Part shown: in pieces, positions 9,901 through 20,980 of the stretch
How the letters are laid out: every line of letters begins with the position of its first letter
How positions within the stretch are numbered: position 1 is the stretch's first letter
NCBI GenBank assembly: GCA_950097015.1
Contig: CATNEN010000039.1
Location: 17,670,001 to 17,734,000 of the forward strand
Length of the DNA stretch: 64,000 nucleotides
Direction: 5' to 3'
Source of the DNA: Macrostomum hystrix
Taxonomy: Eukaryota > Animalia > Platyhelminthes
Position numbers and translations under genes: made by a program
Notes under the pieces: model-generated
Database searches by the model: none
The model's input: the letters and a program-made list of their open reading frames with translations, nothing else
What the model was told of the DNA's origin: nothing

Positions 9901-12900
9901 GACAGACGGATTAGCTAAGTAGAAAGACAGATTAGCTAAGAAGATAGACAGATTAGCTAAGTAGATAGACAGATTAGCTAAGTAGATAGACAGATTAGAT
10001 AAGAAGATAGACGGATTAGATAAGAAGACAGACGGATTAGCTAAGTAGATAGACAGATTAGTTAAGAAGATAGACAGATTAGTTAAGAAGATAGATAGAT
10101 TAGCTAAGTAGATAGTCGGATTAGCCAAGCAGATAGACGGATTAGTCAAGAAGATTAAAGGATTAGCTAAGTAGATAGACGGATTAGCCAAGAAGATAGA
10201 CGGATTAGCCAAGTAGATAGACGGATTAGCTAAGAAGATAGACGGATTAGCCAAGAAGATTAAAGGATTAGCTAAGAAGATAGACGGATTAGCCAAGTAG
10301 ATAGACAGATTAGCTAAGAAGATAGACAGATTAGCTAAGTAGATAGACAGATTAGCCAAGCAGATAGACAGATTAGCTAAGTAGATAGACGGATTAGCCA
10401 AGAAGATTAAAGGATTAGCTAAGAAGATAGACGGATTAGCCAAGAAGATAGACGGATTAGCCAAGAAGATAGACGGATTAGCCAAGTAGATAGACGGATT
10501 AGCCAAGAAGATAGACGGATTAGCCAAGAAGATAGACGGATTAGCTAAGAAGATAAAAGAATTAGCTAAGAAGATAGACGGATTAGCCAAGAAGATTAAA
10601 GGATTAGCTAAGACTATAGACGGATTAGAAGATTAAAGGATTAGCTAAGAAGTTAAAAGGATTAACTAGGTAGACAGTCGGATTAGCTAAGACTATAGAC
10701 GGATTAGCTAAGACTATAGACGGATTTGCTAAGTTAAATGGATTAGCTACATATTTAGGGATTAGCCTAGTAGATAGAAAATGGTACGTAAGTATGATAG
10801 TTAGACACATTTATTTAGTAAATAGACAATTTGATTCGGAAAGTAGATAGCAGATGGCGGTAGATATGTAAGCCGCCGAAAACGAGATTGTAGCGTAGAC
10901 CAAATTCTCGCCACTTTAAGGCGTCAACTCACTCGCTTATATTTTGACGATTAATGTACATCATTGTACAGCATGCAAACGTACATAGCGCGTGCAAACA
11001 TGTTGCCAACAATCTTACAATGCTCTCCTTCTTCGAAAAAAAAGTGTTCCACTCACTTTTACAATATTCGAGTTTCTAATTTAATAAAAAAAAGAACGAG
11101 TTATTTTGTAAAAAAAAATATTTATATTACGAGCGTATTGTTGCAACAGTAACTCAATGGAATAATAAAATAGGAAGATAAAATGAAAAAATATTGATCT
11201 GATATAAAAAAAACTGATCTGACAGCAGCGTTTGCAAAAATATCTAACATTATTTTCAATGGGTATAAACTTCACCGAAAAACTCTGGAGGAGCACGGGT
11301 CCTTTCACTGCGACGTAATTCGACAACGATAGGGGCGCCGGCTGGGGCGCCGGCTGGGGCGTCGACTGGAGCGCCGACTGGGGCGCCGACTGGGGCGCCA
11401 GCTGGGGCGCCGACCGGGGCGCCGACTGGAGCGCCGACCGGGGCGCCGACTGGAGCGCCGACTGGGGCGCCGACTGGAGCGCCGACTGGGGCGCCGACTG
11501 GAGCGCCGGCTGGAGCGCCGACTGGGGCGCCGACTGGAGCGTCGACTGGGGCGCCGACTGGGGCGCCGACTGGGGCGCCGACTGGGGCGCCGACTGGACT
11601 GGCCGCCTTGCAGGACTTCAGGCGATTGAAGTGCACGACCCGCTTCTTCCGCGCGTTGGTCTCGAGCTGAATGCGGTAGATAACATCCGAAATTTTCTTT
11701 TTAATACGCCATGGCCCGGTCCACCAGCGGTGAAATTTGCGGCACTCACCTTGCTTGAGTGCTGGATTGTGTAGCCATACCAGATCGCCCTCGCTGAAAG
11801 CTTCGCCGTGGCACCGCTTGTCGTACTCCACCTTCTGGTGCAGCTGCGCTGTCTCCAGGCTTTGCCTCGCCCTCTCGTGCGACGTCTGCATGCGGGTCCG
11901 CAATTCGGCCACCCACTCGCACGGGCGGCGGTCGTCAGGCGCCAGACCTCCGTAGGCCAAGTCCAGCGGCAGCCGTAGTTCCCGGCCGAGATGCATCGCC
12001 GAGGGTGTCTGACCAGTTGACTTGTGTACTGAAGTGCGGTAGCCCATGAGTGCAATCTGCAGATGAAGGTCCCAGTCTCGCTGGTTCTCGTTCACCCAGG
12101 CTCGCAGCAGCTGCACCAGCGTCCGGTTCATCCGTTCGCAGCCGCCGTCTCCTTCAGGGTGATAGCCTGTCGTCCGCGTTTTGTCGATCTGCAACATCCG
12201 CATCGTCTCTTTAAACAACTGCGACTCCCAGTTCCGGCCCTGGTCCGTGTGCACTGACTGCGGAACTCCGAAGCGAGCCACCCACTCGTTGACAAATGTG
12301 CGGGCTGTAGTCTCAGCGTCTTGGGATGGCAGTGGGAAGGCCTCGGTCCATTTGCTGAAGGTGTCGATGACGACCAGGATAACTGAATTTCCTCGCTCAG
12401 TTCTCGGCAAGCCCACCATGAAGTCCATTTCAAGTCGCTGACCAACGCTGCCGATTGCCATGCTCTGCAGAGGCGCCCGCCTGTGCTGACCGGAGTCCTT
12501 CAGTCTTGCGCATTCACTGCACGTGGCGCACCAGTCAGAGACGTCTGCTGTCATTCCAGGCCAGTAGAGTCGCGCCCTGATCTTTTCGATGGTCTTCTGC
12601 GTACCGCAGTGGCTGCCGCTCGTTCCAGCATGAGCTTCGGCGAAAACATCGTGCTGCAGACTTTCCGGCACCACCAGCTGCTGACAAATGGCGCTGCCAT
12701 CATCTGACTCCCACCGGCGGCACAGCAGACCGTCTACCAGCGTCAGCCGCTGGAACTCGGACAGAAGCTGCCGCTGCCGATTGCTCCAGCTATCTGTCTC
12801 CGCCTTTGCTGGTTGTCCGCCAGTTCGCAAATAGTTCGCCAGCTGCTGCATGCACCGATCCGCTGCCTGGGCTCGCCGAATTGCGCTGTCATCTTTGAAC

Positions 12901-15900
12901 TCGACAGAGAGGGCAGAGCCGCTGCACAGGCAGGGATCTTTTCGACACGGTCGCCGACTCAGTGCGTCTGCATTGCCATGTTTTTCGCCCTTGCGGTACT
13001 CAGTCTGGTAGTCGAACTCGCTGAGTTTGTCCAGCCACCGGGCCAGCTGACCATCAGGATCTCGGAAACGCAGCAGATGAATCAGCGATGCGTGGTCAGT
13101 GCGCAGGGTGAATTTCTTTCCCAGCAAATAGCTGCGATAGTGACCGACGAAGTGCACAATTGCCAGCAACTCTCGTCTCGTTGTGCAGTAATTTCGTTCT
13201 GCCTTGGACAGGATTCGACTGCCGTACGCCACCACCTGTGTCCTGTCACCACGGCGCTCCTGTAGAACTCCTGAGATAGCCACGCCGGAGGCATCGGTGT
13301 CCAGCACAAACTCGGCGTCTTCTGCGAATGTCGGCATGATGAGGACCGGGCTGGATGTCAGGCACTGCTTCAGTTGATTGAATGCCGCTGAGCACTCCGG
13401 AGACCAGTTGAAAGCCACATCCTTCTGCGTTAGTTCGTACAATGGCGCAGCAATCTCGCTGTAGTTTTTGACGAACTGACGATAGTAGCCGCACAGTCCC
13501 AGAAACTGCCGCACTTCTGAACGGTCCTCAGGCATTGGCCACTCCTGTACTGCCTTTGCCTTGTCCGGATCAGTTGTCACACCGTCCTTGGAGATTCGAA
13601 AGCCAAGAAAAGAGATTTCTTGATAGCACAAGTGGCACTTTGTCGGCTTTAACTTCAGATTTGCGGTTCTAAATTTCTGCAGCACAAGCTGAAGTCTCCG
13701 AAGATGCTCCTCGAATCCTTTCGAAAATATTACTACGTCATCGAGAAATGATAGACACACTTCCCACCGAAGACCCTTCAGCACAAGTTCCATCAGTCTC
13801 GAGAATGTGGCAGGCCCGTTGCAGACTCCTTGAGGCAGCCTCTTGTACTGGAACAATCCCTGTGGCGCAGGAAATGCCGTTTTTTCACGACTCTCCGAGT
13901 CCAACATCACCTGAGAGTAGCCGCTGGTGAAATCTAGCGTCGAAAACATCGTGGACCCTGCCAAGGCGTCGATCAGATCGCTGGTGTGAGGCAGTGGATG
14001 ACTGTCCTTCACGGTCACAGAGTTGAGCAGTCTGAAATCGTTCACGAAACGCAAACTACCGTCCTTCTTCTTCACCAGGATGACTGGGCTCGACCATGGA
14101 GAACTCGACGGCTCTACGATGTCGTCTCGCACCATCTGCTCGACCATCTCCGACACCGCTCGCTGGTTCGGAGGCGATAACCGCCGAGGAGGTACTCTGA
14201 TGGGCTGGGCCGACCCCGTGTCGATTTTGTGGTCTAGCAGTGTAGTGCAGCCCAGGTCGTTCGGACTCTTTGAAAACACATCTCGGTACTGATGCAGCAT
14301 ATCCTTGACACTTCGGACTTGATTGGCTGTCAGATTGTTCTCATCGATATGCACTTGCGCTACAACATCGGGTCCATGCTCAATTTCTTGGTCGTTCACT
14401 GACTCAACATGCATTAGCGACTCCGTCTCCATCGGCTCGAAACTCCCCAGCTTGGTTCCGGGGTAAAAAGTATGAGGCTTAGTGTCCGTGTTGACATAGT
14501 GCACAGCGATGAGTCCGCCTCGCATCACAGAGAGGCTGCGCGCTCCACACAGGACATTTGAGATTTCCTTTGAATTGTCGGGCTCAAAGATTCCGCACTC
14601 ACCATTAACAGCAGTCGCTGATCCAGTCGCAAGTCTCGCAGGAAACACGATTTCATGACCAGCGGGTACAGTTGTACGGTCCACCACTTCAACGGCGAAT
14701 GCACCACTCCCTTGTGCTGAAGATTCCATTTTTACTAGCTGACCGCACACACTGAGCGTTTGCCGATTGCAGTCGATGATGCAGCCACAACTTCTCAGGA
14801 AATCTGCACCCAACAAAAAATCCTTCGCCAGATCGTTGACGATCAACACCTCCTGCCGAACAGTCGCAACACCGAAACTCAGCTGCACTTCCTGCCAACC
14901 ACAGGCTGCCAAATAGTTGCCGTCTGCTAGCTTCAGATGCACGGGAGTCGCCAACGGCAAGAGTTTCTCATTCAGCTTACGAAACAGGGAACTCGACATC
15001 AGCGACTGTGAACACCCAGTGTCAACCAAACAGCTGGCAGGGACACCCATCGGCAGAATGCGGCACTGCACCAGCATGTTGGCGCCGGTGGCTGAGCAGG
15101 ACACCTCCAGGACTGGCTGCGCCGGGATTCTCACTTGCGGAACGGCACCCCGGCGGTCGCCGCTCCATTGAAGTTTCCCGACTTCTGAGAGCAGAATCTT
15201 TGAACGTGGCCCGGCTTACCGCACCTCCAGCACGTCACGACTCCACGTCTGTCGCCGCTTCCACGACGATCTTGCTCTTTCGACTCCAGACGGCTGAGCT
15301 TGTTCGACAGCTCCTGCAGAGACCGCTGAATTCCAACAGCAAAAGCCTCGGGGGCCTCAGCAGCCAGTGCAATGGCGGCGCCTCCTTGTGACTGCACTGA
15401 TTCGACGAACTTCGCTGTTTCCACCGTCTCAGTGAACGTCGCTTTCGGCTGCATCTGCGTCTGCATCCGCACAGCTGGGTTTCTCAATCCAGAAAGAAAC
15501 CGACCTTTGAGCAGCTCATCCTTCGCTGTCACTTCCGTCATCCTGCGCTCATCAGTCGCAGGCTCCTCTAGACTTGGAAAAGCGCGCTTCACCGCGATGA
15601 CCAGGGCATCGGAGTACTCTGCAACCGACTGCCCGTCCTTCTGAGTAAGGCTGAAGAACTGGGCTTGCAGCTCAGCAGAGGATGCAGATGGCCGGAAACG
15701 ACTGAGCAAAGCCTTTTCAAAATCGCTGTAGGAGTGGGCAGCTGCCAGATTGCTGGCCGCTTGGTACGCTTTGTCATCGAGGAATGTCAGTAGAGCATTT
15801 TTGCGCTGATCCTCCGGAAAGGACGATGCAAAGTTGTTGAAACGCGCCAGCCAGAGCTCAAAATCTTGCCCATACTGGTATTGGGGCGGTCGCAGAAACA

Positions 15901-18853
15901 TGTTGACAAAACTGGCTTGCGCTACAGCCACTGCAGGGCTCTCTGCACTAGCACTGCTCTCACTTTTTTTCATAGCCACACGCTGCCACCAATGTAAGCC
16001 GCCGAAAACGAGATTGTAGCGTAGACCAAATTCTCGCCACTTTAAGGCGTCAACTCACTCGCTTATATTTTGACGATTAATGTACATCATTGTACAGCAT
16101 GCAAACGTACATAGCGCGTGCAAACATGTTGCCAACAATCTTACAGATACTAGATTTCTACTTTCCAAATTGATTAGGAAAGTAGAAAATGTGAATAGGA
16201 AAGTAGAATACTTGATTTTTAAGTAGAAAAAAATGATTTGGAAAGTAGATAAATTGATTTGGAAAGTAGATAAATTGATTTGGAAAGTAGATAAATTGAT
16301 TTGGAAAGTAGATAAAATGATTTGGAAAGTAGATAAATTGATTTGGAAAGTAGATAAAATGATTTGGAAAGTAGATAAATTGATTTGGAAAGCAGACAGT
16401 TCCTTTAGACAAGCTATCAATTTTCCTAGATTCTTAATCTAGGAAAACTTCGATATAATTAACTTGTTGCATTTCAACAATAATTCCTTGCTTAACCCCA
16501 GGACCACACACACAGAAATATGAAATATGACCCCCACAATGGCCAGAAAAGATGTTAAAACTGACAATTCATTGTTGCGATGAGAAAATGAAGCGGACTC
16601 ACTCACGAAACTCACAAGATGGACTGCGCCATCTCGACCAGCCAATGAGAAGCAAGACAACAAAATTTAGTAAGTGTACAAACCCCCTGCTGATTGCTTG
16701 ACAATCTCTTTCCCACCCACCCCATAGTCTGGTCAGGTTGAAAACTCAACTAACACACATGGAGCGGCGCATGTTTAAACTAAGTAGAAATATTCATTAT
16801 TCTTTTGTTCTAGCATCGACAATTATTTTTTCTCTCGTTTATTTCCATGCTTAGTACAATCAAAATTCATCATAAAAAGGCTCCAATGTTCACAACGTCC
16901 AACACCGATATATAAGGTAAATTTTTATAGCCTGTCATATTTTAGGCTTGTAATTTTTAATTGGAATATTCTGACTGAGTATAGATAGCAAACAGCTGCA
17001 AGCAAGTATACACTTCTCAAAGCAATAAAAATGCATGCAGATTCTGATAACGGACCAATTCGGAACTGACTCCGGACTGCTTTCAGGTGAGAAAGTACTT
17101 GCTGCTGCTATTCTGTATTATCGAAGCTCACAGGATAGACAAGCAGAATAGAATCCATATAGAACAGGATAGAAAAGCAGAATAGAATCCATATTGATAA
17201 GGTAGACAAGCAGAATAGAATCCATATTGATAAGGTAGACAAGCAGAATAGAATCCATATAGAACAGGATAGAAAAGCAGAATAGAATCCATATTGATAA
17301 GGTAGACAAGCAGAATAGAATCCATATTGATAAGGTAGACAAGCAGAATAGAATCCATATTGATAAGGTAGACAAGCAGAATAGAATCCATATTGATAAG
17401 GTAGACAAGCAGAATAGAATCCATATTGATAAGGTAGACAAGCAGAATAGAATCCATATTGATAAGGTAGACAAGCAGAATAGAATCCATATAGAACAGG
17501 ATAGACAAGCAAAATAGAATCCATATTGATAAGGTAGACAAGCAGAATAGAATCCATATTGATAATGTAGACAAGCAGAATAGAATCCATATTGATAATG
17601 TAGACAAGCAGAATAGAATCCATATTGATAAGGTAGACAAGCAGAATAGAATCCATATTGATAAGGTAGACAAGCAGAATAGAATCCATATTGATAATGT
17701 AGACAAGCAAAATAGAATCCATATAGAACAGGATAGACAAGCAGAATAGAATCCATATTGATAAGGTAGACAAGCAAAATAGAATCCATATAGAACAGGA
17801 TAGACAAGCAAAATAGAATCCATATAGAACAGGATAGACAAGCAGAATAGAATCCATATTGATAAGGTAGACAAGCAGAATAGAATCCATATTGATAATG
17901 TAGACAAGCAGAATAGAATCCATATTGATAAGGTAGACAAGCAGAATAGAATCCATATTGATAAGGTAGACAAGCAGAATAGAATCCATATTGATAAGGT
18001 AGACAAGCAGAATAGAATCCATATTGATAAGGTAGACAAGCAGAATAGAATCCATATAGAACAGGATAGACAAGCAGAATAGAATCCATATTGATAAGGT
18101 AGACAAGCAGAATAGAATCCATATTTATAAGGTAGACAAGCAGAATAGAATCCATATTGATAATGTAGACAAGCAGAATAGAATCCATATTGATAAGGTA
18201 GACAAGCAGAATAGAATCCATATTGATAAGGTAGACAAGCAGAATAGAATCCATATTGATAAGGTAGACAAGCAAAATAGAATCCATATAGAACAGGATA
18301 GACAAGCAGAATAGAATCCATATTGATAATGTAGACAAGCAGAATAGAATCCATATAGAACAGGATAGACAAGCAGAATAGAATCCATATTGATAAGGTA
18401 GACAAGCAAAAAAGAATCCATATAGAACAGGATAGACAAGCAAAATAGAATCCATATAGAACAGGATAGACAAGCAGAATAGAATCCATATAGAACAGGA
18501 TAGACAAGCAGAATAGAATCCATATAGAACAGGATAGACAAGCAGAATAGAATCCATATAGAACAGGATAGACAAGCAGAATAGAATCCATATAGAACAG
18601 GATAGACAAGCAGAATAGAATCCATATAGAACAGGATAGCCAAGCAGAATAGAATCCATATAGAACAGGATAGACAAGCAGAATAGCCAACCTTGATGCG
18701 GAATCCATCCACGTTGATGTCAGTTGAGCAGAACTCTAATCCCAGAGTTGCCTCTGAGCAGAACCTGTCCTCCTTGATGCGCATAAACAAGGAGGTCTTA
18801 CCAACGCCGCTCTCGCCAATGAGGACCAGCTTGAATGTCGGTGATGTTTGCAT
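6919..18853 (-). CDS. Atypical Rab-family small GTPase, 4 exons, ~238 aa, CaaX terminus (CCVLL)
   Basis: Exons 18853-18692, 8068-7906, 7832-7713 and 7190-6919 join in frame via GT/AG. Motifs: G1 GESGVGKT, G3 WDTAGVE, RabF-like RFRTLT and YYR, G4 NKND, G5 SAK, C-terminal CCVLL. Confidence 0.9.
7226..7410. repeat. 22-bp minisatellite (GGGATTTTGTCATTTCATAGCT) in Rab intron 3
   Basis: About 8 tandem copies visible. Confidence 0.85.
7657..7753. repeat. Exact 45-bp tandem duplication spanning the Rab exon 3 donor
   Basis: gccaaactcaccagtcttggctgacaactgaaacacctgactgca occurs at 7657 and 7702. Confidence 0.95.
8677..8885 (-). mobile_element. Penelope-like element pseudo-LTR fragment inserted in the satellite
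   Basis: Unique ~200-bp block in mid-array. On the minus strand it reads TATAAAA (8827-8821), then a minimal hammerhead, then a GT-rich end, which is the layout of PLE pLTRs. Confidence 0.65.
8741..8779 (-). ncRNA. Minimal type I hammerhead ribozyme (Penelope-type)
   Basis: Minus strand reads GACC-CUGACGA-A-GGCCC-AGAAA-GGGCC-GAAA-UAUU-GGUC: intact CUGANGA and GAAA core, 5-bp helix II, 4-bp helix I, palindromic AAUAUU in place of helix III. Confidence 0.85.
10867..11019 (-). repeat. 3' LTR of element A
   Basis: Identical by inspection to 15993-16145; adjacent PPT. Confidence 0.95.
11256..15179 (-). CDS. pol: Pol polyprotein of element A (PR-RT-RNase H-IN), entered by -1 frameshift
   Basis: Protease LVDTG; RT LPQG and FLDD; RNase H DTDAS, RRELLA and TDH; integrase HHCC and D,D35E. 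No ATG of its own; frame open from the slippery site GGGAAAC at 15179-15173. Confidence 0.95.
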   Translation of the reverse strand, partial: GKLQWSGDRRGAVPQVRIPAQPVLEVSCSATGANMLVQCRILPMGVPASCLVDTGCSQSLMSSSLFRKLNEKLLPLATPVHLKLADGNYLAACGWQEVQLSFGVATVRQEVLIVNDLAKDFLLGADFLRSCGCIIDCNRQTLSVCGQLVKMESSAQGSGAFAVEVVDRTTVPAGHEIVFPARLATGSATAVNGECGIFEPDNSKEISNVLCGARSLSVMRGGLIAVHYVNTDTKPHTFYPGTKLGSFEPMETESLMHVESVNDQEIEHGPDVVAQVHIDENNLTANQVRSVKDMLHQYRDVFSKSPNDLGCTTLLDHKIDTGSAQPIRVPPRRLSPPNQRAVSEMVEQMVRDDIVEPSSSPWSSPVILVKKKDGSLRFVNDFRLLNSVTVKDSHPLPHTSDLIDALAGSTMFSTLDFTSGYSQVMLDSESREKTAFPAPQGLFQYKRLPQGVCNGPATFSRLMELVLKGLRWEVCLSFLDDVVIFSKGFEEHLRRLQLVLQKFRTANLKLKPTKCHLCYQEISFLGFRISKDGVTTDPDKAKAVQEWPMPEDRSEVRQFLGLCGYYRQFVKNYSEIAAPLYELTQKDVAFNWSPECSAAFNQLKQCLTSSPVLIMPTFAEDAEFVLDTDASGVAISGVLQERRGDRTQVVAYGSRILSKAERNYCTTRRELLAIVHFVGHYRSYLLGKKFTLRTDHASLIHLLRFRDPDGQLARWLDKLSEFDYQTEYRKGEKHGNADALSRRPCRKDPCLCSGSALSVEFKDDSAIRRAQAADRCMQQLANYLRTGGQPAKAETDSWSNRQRQLLSEFQRLTLVDGLLCRRWESDDGSAICQQLVVPESLQHDVFAEAHAGTSGSHCGTQKTIEKIRARLYWPGMTADVSDWCATCSECARLKDSGQHRRAPLQSMAIGSVGQRLEMDFMVGLPRTERGNSVILVVIDTFSKWTEAFPLPSQDAETTARTFVNEWVARFGVPQSVHTDQGRNWESQLFKETMRMLQIDKTRTTGYHPEGDGGCERMNRTLVQLLRAWVNENQRDWDLHLQIALMGYRTSVHKSTGQTPSAMHLGRELRLPLDLAYGGLAPDDRRPCEWVAELRTRMQTSHERARQSLETAQLHQKVEYDKRCHGEAFSEGDLVWLHNPALKQGECRKFHRWWTGPWRIKKKISDVIYRIQLETNARKKRVVHFNRLKSCKAASPVGAPVGAPVGAPVGAPVDAPVGAPVGAPAGAPVGAPVGAPVGAPVGAPVGAPVGAPVGAPVGAPAGAPVGAPVGAPVDAPAGAPAGAPIVVELRRSERTRAPPEFFGEVYTH
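11332..11598. repeat. In-frame 12-bp minisatellite encoding (PVGA)n in the integrase tail
   Basis: About 22 copies of GGGGCGCCGACT. Confidence 0.9.
15121..15179 (-). promoter_or_regulatory. -1 programmed ribosomal frameshift signal (slippery heptamer plus H-type pseudoknot)
   Basis: G GGA AAC in the gag frame, 6-nt spacer, stem 1 GGAGCGGC/GCCGUUCC, stem 2 GCCGGGG/UCCCGGC. Confidence 0.8.
15131..15973 (-). CDS. gag: Gag of element A (~280 aa, one CCHC zinc knuckle)
   Basis: Capsid-like PPQY...FELWLARF and QKDGQSVAEY motifs; knuckle CWRCGKPGHVQRFC; first ATG at 15973. Confidence 0.92.
   Translation of the reverse strand: MKKSESSASAESPAVAVAQASFVNMFLRPPQYQYGQDFELWLARFNNFASSFPEDQRKNALLTFLDDKAYQAASNLAAAHSYSDFEKALLSRFRPSASSAELQAQFFSLTQKDGQSVAEYSDALVIAVKRAFPSLEEPATDERRMTEVTAKDELLKGRFLSGLRNPAVRMQTQMQPKATFTETVETAKFVESVQSQGGAAIALAAEAPEAFAVGIQRSLQELSNKLSRLESKEQDRRGSGDRRGVVTCWRCGKPGHVQRFCSQKSGNFNGAATAGVPFRK
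15993..16145 (-). repeat. 5' LTR of element A
   Basis: Identical to the 3' LTR; followed by the PBS. Confidence 0.95.
16166..16395. repeat. 21-bp minisatellite (AAAGTAGATAAATTGATTTGG)
   Basis: About 10 copies; a similar unit lies left of element A at ~10830-10850. Confidence 0.85.
17130..18686. repeat. 33/34-bp two-variant satellite at the 5' end of Rab intron 1
   Basis: TAGACAAGCAGAATAGAATCCATAT plus TGATAAGG or AGAACAGGA; starts ~5 nt after the exon 1 donor. Confidence 0.95.
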
Positions 18854-19202
18854 GTCCTCTTTCGAAATCTCTTAGACTCTGCTCTGCAGTTTCGCTCGTC
18901 AGTTCATGCTAAAGCATAGATCGGGCTTAACAACTGCTGGGTCGCAAACTGCTATGGCACCCTCAACTCAGGATCAGGCAATCAGATAAAAAGAACATAG
19001 CTAAACACTGATAAGCCAAATGTTCGTTCAGCTTTATATAATAGCTCGTATGTTCTATAATTAACAAATAAACATGTACTCAGCCGCATGTGCAGTAGCT
19101 TTTGAGTAGACGACAGAGAGGACCTTGACAGGTAATAAATACAACAGCTAGTTAATCAGGGACGCACTGATTGTAACATCACTGAGGGATTAGGATCGGA
19201 GT

Positions 19203-20980
19203 CTGTCAGTCTCAACAAGTCCCTGTCACTCTCAACTAGTCCTTGTCACTCTCAACTAGTCCTTGTCACTCTCAACTAGTCCCTGTCACTCTCAACTAGT
19301 GCCTGTCACTCTCAACTAGTCCCTGTCACTCTCAACTAGTCCATGTCACTCTCAACTAGTCCTTGTCACTCTCAACTAGTCCCTGTCACTCTCAACTAGT
19401 CCCTGTCACTCTCAACTAGTGCCTGTCACTCTCAACTAGTCCCTGTCACTCTCAACTAGTCCCTGTCACTCTCAACTAGTCCCTGTCACGCTCAACTAGT
19501 CCCTGTCACTCTCAACTAGTCCCTGTCACTCTCAACTAGTCCCTGTCACTCTCAACTAGTGCCTGTCACTCTCAACTAGTCCCTGTCACTCTCAACTAGT
19601 CCCTGTCACTCTCAACTAGTCCCTGTCACGCTCAACTAGTCCCTGTCACTCTCAACTAGTCCCTGTCACTCTCAACTAGTCCCTGTCACTCTCAACTAGT
19701 CCCTGTCACTCTTAACTAGTCCATGTCCCTCTCAACTAGTCCCTGTCACTCTCAACTAGTGCCTGTCATTCTCAACTAGTCCCTGTCACTCTCAACTAGT
19801 CCCTGTCAGTCTCAACAAGTCCGTGTCACTCTCAACTAGTCCCTGTCACTCTCAACTAGTCCCTGTCAGTCTCAACAAGTCCCTGTCACTCTCAACTAGT
19901 GCCTGTCACTCTCAACTAGTCCCTGTCACTCTCAACTAGTCCCTGTCCCTCTCAACTAGTCCCTGTCACTCTCTACTAGTCCCTGTCACTCTCAACTAGT
20001 CCCTGTCACTCTCAACTAGTCCCTGTCACTCTCAACTAGTCCCTGTCACTCTCAACTAGTGCCTGTCACTCTCAACTAGTCCCTGTCACTCTCAACTAGT
20101 CCCTGTCACTCTCAACTTGTCCCTGTCACTCTCAACTAGTCCCTGTCACTCTCAACTAGTCCCTGTCAGTCTCAACAAGTCCGTGTCACTCTCAACTAGT
20201 CCCTGTCACTCTCAACTAGTCCCTGTCACTCTCAACTAGTCCCTGTCACTCTCAACTAGTCCCTGTCACTCTCAACTAGTCCCTGTCAGTCTCAACAAGT
20301 CCGTGTCACTCTCAACTAGTCCCTGTCACTCTCAACTAGTCCCTGTCAGTCTCAACAAGTCCCTGTCACTCTCAACTAGTGCCTGTCACTCTCAACTAGT
20401 CCCTGTCACTCTCAACTAGTCCCTGTCCCTCTCAACTAGTCCCTGTCACTCTCTACTAGTCCCTGTCACTCTCAACTAGTCCCTGTCACTCTCTACTAGT
20501 CCTTGTCACTCTCAACTAGTCCCTGTCACTCTCTACTAGTCCTTGTCACTCTCAACTAGTCCTTGTCACTCTCAACTAGTCCCTGTCACTCTCAACTAGT
20601 CCCTGTCAGTCTCAACTAGTCCCTGTCACTCTCAACTAGTCCCTGTCACTCTCAACTAGTCCCTGTCACTCTCAACTAGTGCCTGTCACTCTCAACTAGT
20701 CCCTGTCACTCTCAACTAGTCCCTGTCACTCTCAACTAGTCCCTGTCACTCTCAACTAGTGCCTGTCACTCTGAACTAGTGCCTGTCACTCTCAACTAGT
20801 CCCTGTCACTCTCAACTAGTCCCTGTCACTCTCAACTAGTCCCTGTCACTCTCAACTAGTGCCTGTCACTCTGAACTAGTGACTGTCACTCTCAACTAGT
20901 CCCTGTCACTCTCTACTAGTCCTTGTCACTCTCAACTAGTCCATCTCACTCTCAACTAGTCCCTGTCACTCTCAACTAGT
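19203..20980. repeat. 20-bp satellite (CCCTGTCACTCTCAACTAGT)
   Basis: About 89 copies in perfect register. Confidence 0.97.

Larger units (their letters stand above)
8082..10750. repeat. 21-bp satellite (GATTAGCTAAGTAGATAGACA) in Rab intron 1, interrupted at ~8677-8885
   Basis: More than 100 tandem copies; source of the spurious (LANPSIF)n ORF. Confidence 0.95.
10867..16145 (-). mobile_element. Complete Ty3/gypsy LTR retrotransposon (element A, 5279 bp) in Rab intron 1
   Basis: Identical 153-bp LTRs (TGTAAG...CTTACA) at 10867-11019 and 15993-16145; TSD GATA (10863-10866 / 16146-16149); PBS TGGTGGCAGCG (tRNA-Leu type) at 15991-15981; PPT GAAGAAGGAGAG at 11034-11023; intact gag and pol. Confidence 0.97.

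Noticed and set aside
8719-10590. 623-aa LRR-looking ORF (LANPSIF)n
   Set aside because: Translation of a 21-bp satellite inside Rab intron 1; no true ATG and no unique domain.
11618-15644. Numerous short alternative-frame and antisense ORFs within element A
   Set aside because: Shadow ORFs of a GC-rich coding region.
17108-18708. Three overlapping 330-530 aa hydrophobic ORFs
   Set aside because: All frames are open because the 33/34-bp satellite lacks stops; only 18853-18692 is a real Rab exon.
19203-20980. CRISPR-like regular repeat
   Set aside because: No unique spacers and no cas genes; eukaryotic head-to-tail satellite.
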